Source: Camelus dromedarius (Eukaryota). Taken from it: 64,000 nucleotides of DNA. Positions 50,746 to 64,000 of the stretch are shown here, in pieces; the stretch's first letter is position 1, and each line of letters starts with the position of its first letter. Under the pieces are notes generated by a model. That model ran no database searches and was not told the origin of the DNA. It saw only the letters and a program-made list of their open reading frames with translations. A program made the position numbers and the translations under genes. The stretch is taken from positions 46,440,001 through 46,504,000 of the forward strand of contig NC_087436.1 of the NCBI RefSeq assembly GCF_036321535.1. Reading direction: 5' to 3'.

Positions 50746-51218
50746 GCTCAGTCACCAGTGTGGGGTCACATAGGAGCGCTGTCCCGGAGTCAGGATGCTC
50801 TGTGCTCTTCCACCTTATGTGCAGCTTTTGAAAGTTCCTTTTCCTTCCTGGGCTCAAGGCAGCTTTATTTTTAAATGAGAGAAAGGACTTTACTAATTTA
50901 TTTTCTAAGTCTCTAAGAGATACGGTGCACTCACAGAAAATCACCCATGTCTTTTTCCAATTCAACCAGTTTCTAGCATCTTCTGGTCCCAATTCTGAAA
51001 GCAGTTGTTTCCAAAATTTGGACTTGTTTCCAATAGCCAAAGCATTTAGAGCAAATTTAAAACTAGGTCTTACCTAAACATATGAAATATTGCTTTCTTT
51101 GCCTCTCACTAATTGTATTATTGGGCACAAAAACTTTTGTAATTCTCATGAGTAGATCTAGTTGATTCAGAGGTATAATAAACATTTTATTTGTGCTCTG
51201 TGATTCATTCCCTCTCTG

Positions 51219-51249
<31 letters not shown>

Positions 51250-52677
51250 GGCACGTGCCTGAGATGTATATCTGAATATTTGTCAATTAAAACCATACTT
51301 CTCAGATATACTGGAGAAGTGGCCTTTTAAAATAATTTTGTGGTAGAAGCATTTTTTAGACTAAAGAATCCTTTGACAAAATTAAATGCTGTCCATAATT
51401 TTTGTTTGTATTTATATATATATACAGATATATATGATATATATACACAAATGTGATATATAGGTTATATATCACATATATACATATATCTACCTATATA
51501 TCAGAACTTTAATAATTTTAATTCTTAGTAGGTGTTATTAGAACATTGCATTTTTCTGCTTTTTCCACATTTTCACATTAATTGGCATCCATAAGAATAA
51601 ATCATTACAATGACCCTGTATTTGAATAGCAAGCAGTGTCCAGCACTGCGCAGACACCATAGAAGAAAAGGTCTGGGAATAGCGATAAGGCACATTAAAG
51701 GGCTACTTTGTGCAGCTCTTAGTTCATATCCTTAATGTTAAATAAAGAGTTTCAGGATTAAAAACAAATTATTTTGTCTAAGCAAGCTAGAATTTTTCTG
51801 AGGACCCAGAGTCAACGGTTTGTTTCCAAAGCAAAAGATAAATATCAGATGATCTTTTTTCATGTATTTTCCAAATACTTTCTGGAGTTTCATTATATTT
51901 AAAACCAAAATACAATGTAAATGAAATACTGATGTTAGTGTATCATCTTTGAATCTATCCCAGATAGCTATGTGATTTTTAAGTAACATTAAAATTTTAT
52001 TAGTTTATAGTTATGGTATTTAGAGTTCCTTTTCATCTCCTACCCATGAATCTCACAGTTCTTCGCTGACCTTAATCCTCACAGCATACTTCTAATGACA
52101 TTTTTATCATAAGCATATTTAGAGAGCAGATAAATGGAAGCTCTCAGACTTCCAAAGGTCAAGTTGCTTATTCAAGCCTGTACGGTGGGCTGTGTGCAAT
52201 AAACTCGGTATTTTTTATTCCTGATTCACTTTCTCTAGCCACTAAGTACACTCTTTTCTTTTGCTGCCTTGGCTTTATCATTAAAAAGTCTGAATTAAAT
52301 TCCTGAAGGATTTGAATATGTTGTAGTTCTTATTTTCTGGTTAATTAGCTTAAACTTACCCAGTGATCTATTACCCAATATATTTATAACTTCCCAACTT
52401 TTGACTTTAAGAAAAGATATCTAGAGTAAATGAAGTGATTGATTTTTTATTTCAGAGGAGTTTAATAGTTTAGGGAAAGTATCTTACGGCAGTTTAATCC
52501 TTTGGGGATTAAAGCTGAGAATTAAACTGTTTTTATTAATTTTTCTACCTTTTAAAGTTAGTGACTGTACACATAAGAATTCTAAGAACGCATGACTTTT
52601 TTTCTCCAGTAACTATGGTAATAGGATGATATCTTTCTTCTTGAAGAAACACTATCACTTCCTATTACTAGGTATTC

Positions 52678-53683
52678 TTTTTATCCAGTTTTATTGAGAT
52701 ATAGTTGGCATATATCACTGTATGATTTTTAGGTGTATAGCATAAAGGTTTGACTTACATATATAGTGAAATGATTACCACAATATGTTTAGTTAACATC
52801 TATCATATCATATAGTACAATAAAAAGAATGTAAAACAGAAAGAAAAAATTTCTCCTTGTAATGAGAATTCTTAGGATTTATTCTATAAACAGCTTTCAT
52901 AGCTGTCATGCAACAATGGTAGCTATAGTCATCATGTGTACATTACATCTCTAGTATCTTATAACTGGAAGCTCTTGGCTTTGGTGCAGGTCATCTTCCT
53001 GAAGTGCTCACCTTCCTTCAGTTCCCTACACACAAAACCCCCAGTCCTCCACCGCTAGTGACTACAAGTCTGATCCCTTTTTCTATGAGTTTTTGTTTGT
53101 TTTTTGTTCATTTTCTTTTGTTTTTTTAAGATTCCACATAAAGTTAAGGTCATAAAGTATTTGTCCTTCTCTGTCTGACTTATTCCACTTAGCATAACAC
53201 CCACAAGATCCATCCATGTTGTCGCAGATACCAGGATTTCCTTGTTTATTATAGCTGAATAATACACTACAACTTCTTCATCCATTCATCTGTGGATGGA
53301 CACTAGAATTGTTTCGATGCTTCGGCTATTGTAAATAACGTTGCTGTGAGCATGGGGTGCAGATGTCTTTTTAAGTTAGAGTTTTCATTTTCTTTGGTTA
53401 TATTCCCTGAAGTGGAATTGCTGGATCATGTGGCAGTTCTATTTTTAATTTTTTGAGGACCCTCCAAACTGTTTTCTGTAGTGGCTGCATCAATTTACAA
53501 TCCCACCAACAGTGCGCAAGTGTTCCCTTTCTCCACATCCCCACCAGCACTTGTTACCATGTGTCTTTTTGATAATAGCCATTCTGACAGGTGTGAGGTG
53601 ATATCTCACTGTGGTTTTGATTTGCAATTCCCTGATGATTAGTGATGTTGAGCATCTTCTCATGTGCCTGTTGGCCATCCATA
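52678..53683 (-). mobile_element. Older L1 (L1MA-like) 3' end including ORF2 C-terminus
   Basis: Minus-strand peptides [34 protein letters not shown] and ATTWMDLVGVMLSGISQTEKDKY; typical 3'UTR. Confidence 0.93.
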
Positions 53684-54264
53684 TACAGAGTGTTTCATAT
53701 AGTAAAATCCCATGATCTCTGAGTTTGATTCATACATCATCAGGTATTTTTATATACAAGCTTACTCTTAAAGGGACTTTTCACTCAATTTTACTTATTA
53801 AGTGAATATATATATATATCTTTTATATAATTAATTTTAAGTTCCTTTAGAAAGGAATAAAAAGTTGGTTGAAAGAAGTAATGTAATGCTGGCTTGAAAT
53901 AAAACAATTCTAGCAGGTTTTTTAAAAAAACCTATTTCCCCCTGACTTCATTTGGGCATGTTACTATAATATTTAATACGAGTTATCATTCTACTAAATG
54001 CAAATATTGGGGAGGGAAGAATAAATAGTTGAGGAAATGAGATTGGTAAGGGAAGGGGTTTGAGAGGAAGGAAAGTGATCACAGGCTGTTGCAACAACAA
54101 AGCAAATGTATTTGAATTATGACATCACCAACTCCACTTGTTTTCCATTTTAACTGAAAAGACACTATATTTAATAGACAGGATCACCAAAATATTTATT
54201 TACTAAATCTGATTAAATTACATATTTTAAAAAAATCTGGTGTTTTTTTAAAACTTACTTTAAA

Positions 54265-54585
54265 TGTATTCATTGATTCATCTACCAATTTCTTCAATCT
54301 TCCATTCGACAAATCTTTATTCAGCCCTTACTACTAAGTCCAAGACACCATCTGAGCACTGACATTAAAGCTGTCTCTGCCCTCATGGAATTTCAGCTAA
54401 CTGTGGGATAGGAATATTACATGAACAGTCATACTAAAAATCTGTTAAATGACAGTGCTTTTAAGCACTACAGCAGAGAAGCACAGGGCATCCTGGCCTG
54501 GTGCAGAAAGGTCAAGGGATGCTTCCCTGAATAGGTGATTTTAGGTGAGACTTAAACATTTAACGGCAGTTGGCAAAGGGAAGAG
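54265..54585 (-). mobile_element. LINE-2 3' fragment
   Basis: CATTCGACAAATCTTTATTCAGCCCTTACT...GTCTCTGCCCTCATGGAATTT...GGTCAAGGGATGCTTCCCTGA. Confidence 0.7.
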
Positions 54586-55044
54586 GAAATATTACTATGT
54601 TGCAGTACTTACAGATTAACATAGACAATCTTGGTCTTAGCGTTTTGTTTCTAAAACACCATATTATGAACCACTGTAAGGTTTTTGTATTCATCATGGA
54701 CTACTTTTCTTTCCAAGTTTCTGACAACTAAAACAGTAAGTCAATATCAATCACAAAGCCTGTTCTTGTATCATTAGATCTGATCTCTAAATGACACTCT
54801 TGATTCTGAATTTTGCACTCAATATGAGGCTGCTATGAAATAACTTATTGTGACAATCAGAACAGCTTAACGTTACCCAGTTCCATCCGTTTGATACCAG
54901 GCCAAGTTGCCAAGGGGTAGGAACCATTATCCAACTGTGAAACAGCATCAGTGGAGTTAATTTAGGAGAAACTGAATTTCTTTCAGGATCTTCTTCTCTG
55001 TCTTCTCTGCACGATGCAGAGAATAGAAGAGTGCAATGTGTAAT

Positions 55045-55395
55045 AATTACTGACGTGTATTCAGCATTTACTGTCAGGCACTGTCCTAAGTTTTGTGTGC
55101 CTGTTACCTCCCTTATTCCTCACAGCAATCCTGTGGAGTGGGTCCTGCTATTATCTACATTTTATTAATGAGGAAACCAAGGCACAGAGAGGATAAATAT
55201 TTTGTCCAGGGTCACCTAGGTGCTTGTGGTAAAGTTCAACTTGAAAGCCAGTCAGTCTGCTCCAACTGTTAAGGAGTGTAGGTTTTAAATTCAGAAGATC
55301 CCAGCTCTGCTATTCAGTATTTCTATGACCTCAGAGCAGTTACTTTCCTTCTCTGAGTCTTAGTATCGTCATTTGTCAAATGAAGATTATAATGT
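55045..55395. mobile_element. Two adjacent MIRs, antisense (about 55045-55265) then sense (about 55270-55395)
   Basis: AGCATTTACTGTCAGGCACTG...ATGAGGAAACCAAGGCACAGAGAGG, then CCCAGCTCTGCTATT...TTACTTTCCTTCTCTGAGTCTTAG. Confidence 0.8.
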
Positions 55396-55789
55396 TTACT
55401 TTAAAGTTTAATCAGACAAAACAAAGGAAGTAATGAATGTAATTGTTTATTAAAAGACATTATTAAATTAGAACAGACTGTTTTCCTCTTTGAATTGGGG
55501 GCATTAAGAACGCCATGACTCAGAAACCTGGGTGTACGAGTGGGTGTTAGTAAGAACCTTTGTCTCTTTCTACTACTCTTCACTGATCTTTCAAATTTTT
55601 CCAGCTAGACATAACTATTTAACATTTCTATGAATAACTAGGCACATTCTCTTCCCATGTGAAAAGAGTAATTTATCATTCAAACTATACATAGATCTAC
55701 TACTAGGAACTATACCTTAGGAAAGAAGAAATTAGCTGGGTTTTTAAACTTTAAAAATAGATATATTATCAAGGGCACATTATAAGTCA

Positions 55790-56230
55790 CAGAATACTTA
55801 ACAGAACTAGTCTTTAAATAAAGGTATTTATTGGCCAAGTAACTTGAAACTCCAGCCCTGACTCAGGCTTCAGCTTTGCGTTGCCCTGGCACCTAAACCT
55901 CACCACTGAGAACTCGGTTCTTCCATCTCTTCACTCCATCTTCCACATTGCTGCCTCCATCCTAAACCTCCTCTCCTCTTGGTTGGAAGGTGGCTGCCAA
56001 TCCACCTGGGGCTTCATTCTTTCCTGTCTGCGTCCAGAGAGTGAATGAGGGTCTTTGCGCAAACATCCGACACTCCTTTTGAGTGTCTTTGTCATTGGAT
56101 ACACACGGGTCACCGCCTCTCCCTCCTTCCCTTGCTGGGGGAATGAATGTCGGATACTGATTAGCTGCTGCCACTGCAGTTTCTTTTCCAGCAGCCCCAG
56201 TCATGCGGAAAGTCGCAGTAAACACTAATT
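55790..56230. mobile_element. Probable MaLR LTR remnant (MLT1-like)
   Basis: AAATAAAGGTATTTATTGGCCAAGTAACTTGAAACTCCAG...CAGGCTTCAG resembles MLT1 LTRs; heavily diverged. Confidence 0.45.
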
Positions 56231-59200
56231 ATCTAATTTAGAAGAGTCGTGTAGCACAAGGGAGCTGAACGAGTGTGCTGTTGCTGACTTATCCCAGTCC
56301 TCACAGACTTTTCATTTCACGTACGTCCTTCATCCATTTTGCTACTTTGTCTTCCTAAAACATGAGTCTTTGTTCTTAATCTTTTTTTTCCATAAGAGAA
56401 CACACAGAGAACAATTTCTTTGCTACACAGAAAAGAGAAGCCCTCCACCTCACCGTGGCATCATGTTCCCTGGCTGGTTTTTGCTGACTTTTGTGCCTTT
56501 TATACATTATTTAAAAGGGAAATACTGGACAGTGTTTCCCTTAGACCCTCCTCTGCCCTGCTCCTCTTCTGCCATCTCTAAGCCCTCTTATGGTGTGACC
56601 CTCCCATGGGGTGAGGAGTCTAGAGGGCCAAGAAAACATGCCCATGCAAAGCCCAGCTCCCCACTTCTAGATCACAGCCCAGGTACCCAGGGCCCAAGAA
56701 TTCCTGCCTCCACTGTGCTGAGTCCACTTCTACTGCCTATATTGGCCTCTCCCCCAGATCTGTTTTCCCCCAGGTGAACCACAAAGCAGGCATGTGCCCT
56801 GGTACACCTGCGGGTGTCCTGGAGCAGCTGCTGGTGGGAGCTGTGGGCAGAGCTTGCAGGCTGCGGGGTCAACACGCAACCCCCAAGGCCCTCCCTCATG
56901 AATCGGAGAACTGTGGTTGGGACGAGAAGGGAGGACTGAGGCAGGGAGGGTTGAGATGGGAGGTCATCCATGAGTACTTCTCCCCAGACCTTCACTTTTT
57001 AAGGGAGATGTCCTCAAGGCAGTAATTCTTCTCATTTGTGTAAATTTCACCCAAATAAGCTCAACTTAGCTATTTCCTGTGACCTCTAAATGCTTAACTA
57101 TCTCTTTGCATTTGAATTTCTTTGTTCAAATTATATTTTGTACATTTCTGTCTACATTAGAAGTATAGAAAACTCAGATAAGAAGTATTAACCAGCAGAC
57201 TTATTTCTGAAATAGTCCACACTGTAGTATTATTGATACAACTATCATGTTTTCTTATTTTACATTTTTATACATTTATACTTTTAAAAAAAGCATAATG
57301 AAGGTTTGGTTATTAGGTTTAGTTAGATATTACTTTAATCAGCTTAAGACCCATTTCAGTAAATTATCTGAAATGAAATATTTTCATTAAGTTTCTGGCT
57401 AATAGAGCTGTCTGCTTTTCTGCTAATTATTATTTATATTACCAATGTGGACAAAGAGATTTTAATTTTAGAGAAGGAGTTTGCTGATAGAATAAATGAA
57501 GCCAACCTCCCCTGCAGGGATACCAGTTCTCTGATGCGTAATCGAACCTAACTGCCCAGGCTGGGTTTTCTGTTTCTCTTTTACCATGTTATGAAGACTC
57601 TGCCTCCAGGAATGAAACAGAAAAAGCATTAGGTGCTGAGTATGCAAGGAGGAGCTAAAAATGACCGAATTGCTCCGCATTAGAGAGAGTGAAGCTAAAT
57701 TCCCAGGATAGCCTAGGAAGGAGGGAAGGAAGGAGGAAGGGGAGATGGAAGGGGAGAGAGGAGACAGCAGACATGACAAGAGACTGCATGCTCCATGATG
57801 GGACAACTTTCATGGACACCAGAATTCAACCTTGAGCTCATAAAAAGCCTGAAGAGAGTGGATTTTGTCTCTTTCTTTTTTTGATGTAAAAGTAATATAT
57901 TTTTATAGAAAAAATTTGGGAAATTCATAAAGCATAAACCAGAAAAATAAAGTCACTCACAATCAGCTTCTTAGAGATAACTATTGCTAACATTTTAGTG
58001 ACATTTAGATAGCTCTTTTTGCCTATGTGCAAATATAGATTAGATACTGAATTTTCACTTGCATAAGATTATACAAAGTATTTTTGTAATCTGCCTTTTT
58101 AACTGAAGAATATGTAGTGGATATACTTCTATATTGATAAATAGATATCAACATTAACTTTAATGGCTACATGGCATTCTACAGTGTAGATGTACTTAAC
58201 TGTAACCTGCTTGGATGATCACCTATTGGTGTATTTTAAGTGCTTTGTACTTTTGAGAGTGGATTTCTTGATGCAACTGGTGAAGACCTGAGTGACCCAT
58301 CTGAATTGGTCTGGAACAAATAGATATGATTCGTACAGATGCAAGAACTCGAGCAGAGAGGCCCGGAGAGCAGGTCCTGGACTTCAGGATCCTGTGGAAT
58401 TAGAACTTGAGGCAAGTTTAATCAGATGTCTGAGGAATAAGGAGCCACCAGAGACATCTTTAGTCCAACAACAACAACAACTAATCATAATCATAATCAT
58501 AATACAAAATCTTAATCCTTTAGAGCTGGGAGAGGGCTAGCATTTAATCTATCCCTACCCACTGCATAGAATAAAAGCCATGCCCCACAGAAGCTCAAGA
58601 AATTTGCTGTGTCCCAAGACCAGAAGTAGAAAAACCTGGGATTAGACTGGAGGCTTCCTGAAGCTGCTTTCCTATTTTATGTGAAAATTAAAGGCAAAAG
58701 AAACATTAGTATGAAGGAGTTTTTAAGAAGCAATTACTCAGAAGGAACACAAGATAGAGAATCAGAAGACCTGGATTCTAATGTCACATCTGCCTCTTTG
58801 CAGCTCTTTGCTTCTGAAAAAGTTAATTCCCCTCTCTGAATGTGTTTCTTCATCTATTAAGAATGACTGGCCTGGTTCCTTTCAACTAAAACATTGCCCT
58901 GTTTTGTGAGTGCTTCTGCTTAGGGAGAAGCAGGTGTCAAAATGAGTTCATGGGGTAAATGGTGACGCATGTAGGTTCTGAAAGGGTCTGTGGGGAACTT
59001 GAGATGACGTGATCATTTACACAGCCAGTGTTGCCCCAGCTACTGCTCACCCTTCATCCGAGGCACATGGGGCAGATAGAGGTGGGGAGAAAACCAAATG
59101 TATGGAAATATTTATAATGGCCGGGTCTCTGTACCCATGGGCAGCTGTTGCACCTTTAGTCCTCTAGGCAAACACTCTTCCCCTGACATAGTCCTGGAAT

Positions 59201-59544
59201 GACTCAGGGCTTTTCCTCGGAAATAACGAACGTTCTGCTCATTCCCAGCATCCTGCCTTTCACAGGCTCCTCCCCCAGCGAACCCTGACCCTTCATTTAC
59301 CTCTGCTTTTCAATTCTGTTTCGGTGTTACCTGCAGGACTTGGATGCGTCACTGCGGGGTTAACATCTCTCCCATCTTCTTCCTGGGTCCCTGTCTCTTT
59401 TCCCACCACTGTCTTTTGCCACAGCTGAGACACAGAACCATCTCTTGCCACTGAAATTATAGGTCTTTTCCAACTTCCCAGTAGAGGAGTCTTGCCATCT
59501 TCATCTCTCACCAGAGCCATAAGGGCTTCATGTATTTGCCTCTC

Positions 59545-60350
59545 CTGTATTCATTCATTTCTGTAACATAGATGTGCTGGACAATTATTATGTGCAAGGT
59601 ATGGTTTCTAGGTAGTGTGGAAAGAGGCATAAACAAAATAAAGTTCATATTCTAGTGGTGGAGAGGGTGTGGGGCTGGGAAATGGAGTGGCCAAAAAAAA
59701 CAAAGAATGCCCAATCAAATTTGAATTTCAGATAAACAACCCATCATTTTTAATATGATATGTCCATTCAATATTTGGGATATACATAACTAAAAATGAC
59801 TTGTTTATTTGAAATTATAATTTAGTTGTGTGTCTTGCATTTTTATTTCCCAAGTCTAGCAATCCTACTGGGGGACATAGAAAAGAAACAAAAAATTCTG
59901 CCTTAGGTGGTAATTAACGCAATAAAGAAACCAAAGATAGTGGGCATAGGGAGTGGTGCTGTGTGTGTGGCGGTTGCAGGGTGGATTCCAGGCAACCCCT
60001 GTAATAAGGGGACAGTTGAGCCAAAGCTAAGAGGGTGAGAGAGTAAATCCCTGGATATCTGAGGGACGATGTTCCGCGGGAGAGAACCCCAGGTGCACAG
60101 GCCCTGGGCTGGCTCCTGCTTAGCATCTTGAAACAGAGTTCAGTGTGGCTGGAGTGGGTGAGAGAGAAGTGGCAGCAGGTGAGCTCAGAGAAGCAGCAGG
60201 TACCAGACTAGCAGGGGCCCTGCTGAGGATTTTGACCTTCTCAGTGCAATGGGTCAGACTTGGAGAGAACTGAGTGAAGGAATTCTAAGACTGACTTGTT
60301 TTTAGGAGAATGCTGGAGATGGCTGGGTGACAAGGAGACAGGTTAGGAGG
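59545..60350 (-). mobile_element. LINE-2 fragment interrupted by MER53
   Basis: TATTCATTCATT...TATGTGCAAGGTATGGTTTCTAGG...GTGTGGCTGGAGTG...GGAGACAGGTTAGGAGG. Confidence 0.7.
59684..59867. mobile_element. MER53 palindromic hAT MITE
   Basis: AAATTTGAATTTCAGATAAACAA...TATGTCCATTCAATATTTGGGATATA...TTGTTTATTTGAAATTATAATTT; the arms are mutually complementary. Confidence 0.85.
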
Positions 60351-60616
60351 TCCCTAAAGTCAGCTGCTAACCTGCACGACTGTGGCTCCCTTGGCCCCTC
60401 AACATCCTCTACTCCAGAGCTGTCTTCTGCTCTCGACCTCACACCCATTAACCTACCTTGGAGTCCTGTGGTGGGTGTTTACTCCACAGTGGTGTCTCCA
60501 TGGTGAAGTCTCACTGGATGTTGACCTGCTTGAATACTGATTGTGTGCCTTCCCTGCTTTTAAAGGCTTTTGGTTGATCACATCTCCTAATAATTATAGA
60601 ATTTCATCATTTAAAC

Positions 60617-60964
60617 CAATGCTGTTTGATAGAAATATAACACAAGCTCCAAATACAAGCCACATATGTAACTGTGAATTTTCTAGTACCCACATTTTTT
60701 AAAAGCTTTTTTTAAAAGCAGGTGATGTTAATTTTAAGACTATATTTTATTTAACTCAGTATATCTAAAACGATCATTCCAACATCATATAAATCAGTAT
60801 TTCAAGATTAATAGTATTCACATTAATGAGATATTTTACCTTTTTTTTTTAACAACTAAGTCTTCAAAATCAGTTTATGTTAAAACATCACATCTCAAAA
60901 ATGAGCCTCATTTCCAGGGCTCAAAATCCACACGTGGCTAGTAGTACCATATTAGACAATACAG
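60617..60964. mobile_element. MER33-like hAT-Charlie element
   Basis: GCTGTTTGATAGAAATATAA...GCCACATATGTAA...CACGTGGCTAGTAGTACCATATTAGACA; 8-bp TSD-like ATTTAAAC (60609-60616) and GTTTAAAC (60965-60972). Confidence 0.8.
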
Positions 60965-62286
60965 GTTTAAACTCTGCCCATTTTCGAGGGTTAGCCCATG
61001 TGTAGTCTTTATGGCATGGAAGCAGAAGGTCAAGGAGAAGTGGGACAATCATCCAGAGAACAAATGGAATCAAATAATGTAAGACTGAGAGCATTTTTTC
61101 ATATAAATTCTAAATACATTGGTGCTAGACATCTATAAAATGGTGTATATTCCCAACAAAAAATAGATGACCAATTTTGTGATTATTCAGTTTATTTATA
61201 CAGTATAAGAATCTACTGTGGGCTACTCTGCTTTTATTAAGGCTATGTGGCTCGATTTCTGGTTTTTGATTCCAACTTGTCCCTCTACTTTGTGCTACTT
61301 AATACCAAGCTGCACAGTCCTAAATATGTTTAACTGTAACATCAACAAAGATTTTGTTTCTCATTGAATGCAGTGATTGGCAATCTCCAAAATACCGGTG
61401 GGTTGTGTTTTAGATGTCACGTCTGTATATAGACAACACATACAGACAAAACTGTTCTAAGGATGAATTAGTTCAGCGGGCCAACTCACACAAACTTAAA
61501 AAGATGGTGGAGCTAAATCGTAGTATTAATGGAATAATCTGGATCTCTCTTAAGTCAAATTTCTTAAACTACGGGTGTGTATTCCTGGGAGCTCATGGAA
61601 GTGTGCAGGAGCACAAAAAGACAAAGGGATTATCCAGGGCATTGATGACACTAAGTTTGGGGCTAGGATTCTTAGTTTATATTTTTGTGTGGTAAAATGC
61701 TACGTTTCTAGAAATTTCAAGGTAAAATATGTTGGTCATTTTCTGCCTCCTGCCTTCACCCAAGTTTATGTTCATACACACTTGCCGTTATGGAGCTAGA
61801 GTGAAAGCCTAAACTCAACTTAAGTAGAGAGAGAGAATAAGTACGAACGGAGAACAGAAACCCCATTTTCGTGATTCTTCCCAAATAGTTATATCTGAAA
61901 GCCCCTGTGGGTGCCTCACTGCCTTCAGAGACCCCTCCTCTACCAAGGGTTGTTTACCCAGTAGCTGCCAAAGCCTCTGAGGCCCTGACACCTTACAGAG
62001 GGTCGCCCCACTCCCCACCATGCCCGCCTGCAAAAGAGGAGGGACTAACAGCCGGTCCTGCTCACCACTCGAGCCACTGCAATCCTTCTGCTCACTGTCG
62101 CTGTCGGGAAGAAAGGCCCAGTCCACCCAGTGTTTTACAGAGTTATCAGCGACCATCTTCAGTCTATTTTATTATACATACAGACCAACCCCACTCACTC
62201 CAGAGGTATGAGAACAACCTTAAGACTGATACCATATTATGCTCAGTATCACTCCTTCCGTCTGCAGCTGGTATATGTTCCTTATA

Positions 62287-62779
62287 GAGCAGTCCGTGCC
62301 TTGTCCACCAGGAATATGTTCAAAGACCCCCAGTGGATGCCTGAAACCAAGGACAGTACTAAACCCTATACATACTATGTTTTTTCCCTATACGTACATA
62401 CCTATGACAAAGTTTAATTGAGAAACCAGGTACAGTTAGAGAACATCCAAATTGCCAGCATTCAGGGCCATTATTAACTGAAATAGGAATTACTTGAACA
62501 CAAGCACTGTGATACTGTGACAGTCCATCTGATAACCTAGCTGTGGCTACTAAGTGACTAACGTGCAGGATATGCTGGACAAAGGGCGGATGAATCACGT
62601 CCTGCGTAGGAGGGAGCAGGGTGGCACTGGTTTTCATCATGCTACTCAAAACTGTGCACAGTTTAAAACTTCTGAATACTTTGTTTCTGGAATTTTCTGT
62701 TTAGTATTTTCAGACCTTGGTTGACCACGGATAGCTGAAATTAAGGAAAGCAAAAACTGAGGATAAGTGGGGACAATTG
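62287..62779. mobile_element. MER44 / Tigger7-derived DNA transposon
   Basis: AAGACCCCCAGTGGATGCCTGAAACC...GTACTAAACCCTATA at one end and GGTTGACCACGGATAGCTGAAA...GGATAAGTGGGGAC at the other; TA on both flanks. Confidence 0.85.
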
Positions 62780-64000
62780 TAGTTATTTTCGTCTTCTGTT
62801 TAGAGGAGTGCTTTCTGAAAATGCAGTGCTTAAGAGAAACAAATCTGTATCGGCAAGGTGAATATAACATTATACTATGCTAAACATTTAAAGCTATAAA
62901 CCATTTTAAATTCCCATCACCAGAATGGAAAGCAATTGTGATTGAAGTAACAGTGAGCAATATTACTGTTAAAGACATTTCTCTTTAACACTCAATTTCG
63001 TGAAAAAACTACATTCCTTTCTATCTTTAAGTGTTCTTTCAAGCTGCACATGAATAGCAGTACCTGAAATAATTGTAAGAGCCCTGAGTGATGTTTTACA
63101 TTAGAGTTCTAAAGAATGTCTGATCTAAAAAAAGAAAGAAAGCAGTAGCATCATTCTTAAAAGTCCGTCCAAATTATTTTTAGCTTAAATGCAAAACTTG
63201 TCATTTGTTACTAATACACTAGGAATAGCCTTAGAATTTAAAGCATAGTACAGAAAACCCCGTCAATCTATCTGTAGTTAAAAGGTTAACTGCTGTTTTT
63301 CTTTATTCCTATCTTTGGAATGTCCTTGGTACTTGTGAATACGAGATGTATTCAGAAATAGATGAACAGATTATCCAATTAACATGAGACTAGCTCTCCA
63401 CACACACACAATCTAATTCTCATTTTTTCTGTACTTTTCTGATATATCTTTCTGTAGGTGTACATTTTTACTAAATTGTGTGGTACTATATCATTGTAAC
63501 TTTATTTGAAGAGGCATCATAATAATATTTTGTCCTCTTACACCAGAAAATATTCATGCCTCCATGACAAATGCTTCATTCTTCACTGAGACTTCCCTTT
63601 GATTTCTGTTTATTGGGCCTCTTTATAAAGTGCAAGAAAACTTTGCTCAAAGTAAAAAGTTCCATCCCATTTAGATGTCTCCTAAGTTATTTATGCAGAT
63701 ATCTTTTTTTTTTTTTTTTTGCAATCAAAAATAAGCTCTCTGAGCACAGGCACCTATCATGTCTATTTCATCTTTATGTCCCATGAAACACTCAGCCCAA
63801 AGTAAAACATATAATAAATTTTCACTAAATGTTAGTTGAATAAATTAACGTCTTCCAGAATCCCACTGCTTGGCCCTAGTACTCAGAGTTGTATAGCATT
63901 TCTTATTTAACATTCTTTTAATACAACCTGGGAAACTACATTTGAACAATCACAGAATGTTCCACAACCTCCTAATCTGAATTTGAATGTATTTTTCTTG

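Larger units (their letters stand above)
1..64000 (+). other. COL25A1: Internal portion of the COL25A1 (collagen XXV / CLAC-P) transcription unit; window begins and ends in introns
   Basis: Five AG-flanked phase-0 exons splice to [96 protein letters not shown], which I recognise as the NC2/COL2 region of collagen XXV. Confidence 0.96.

Noticed and set aside
56760..56850. Strong-looking acceptor TTTTCCCCCAG followed by GTGAACCA, resembling the expected GEPG exon
   Set aside because: No Gly-X-Y periodicity in any frame and no match to collagen XXV
3044..63786. The many 60-140 aa ORFs in the supplied track outside L1
   Set aside because: No recognisable protein similarity; compositions typical of random intronic or repeat ORFs; many use non-ATG starts. 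The true exons are too short to appear in the track.

Overview
Mammalian genomic DNA, very probably camelid (four tRNA-derived vic-1-type SINEs and a young artiodactyl-type L1). The whole 64 kb lies inside the collagen XXV gene COL25A1 (CLAC-P), on the + strand. None of the real exons appears in the ORF track. Reading splice sites directly gives five exons matching my recollection of the canonical protein: 27025-27096 MVFPKINHGFLSADQQLIKRRLIK, 27839-27946, 30272-30307 (GC donor), 45237-45263 and 47323-47367. A sixth 60-nt in-frame exon, 26211-26270 (GLPGFPTVAALHSNQILTVK), is absent from the canonical protein as I recall it and looks like an alternative NC2 exon. The most interesting signal is a splicing-control module at about 25.9-27.8 kb. 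About ten colinear helices, many with G-U pairs, join 26590-26814 to 27499-27759 and would loop out the exon carrying the amyloid-beta-binding LIKRRLIK motif. The module also has competing local hairpins, a nested hairpin upstream of the 60-nt exon, an RNA G-quadruplex motif, RBFOX/QKI motifs and an internal in-frame acceptor. The rest is intron with L1, L2, L3/CR1, MIR, SINEs and MER-type DNA transposons. Repeat family names and boundaries come from remembered consensus sequences and are approximate. Base-pairing was found by eye; no folding or alignment was run.
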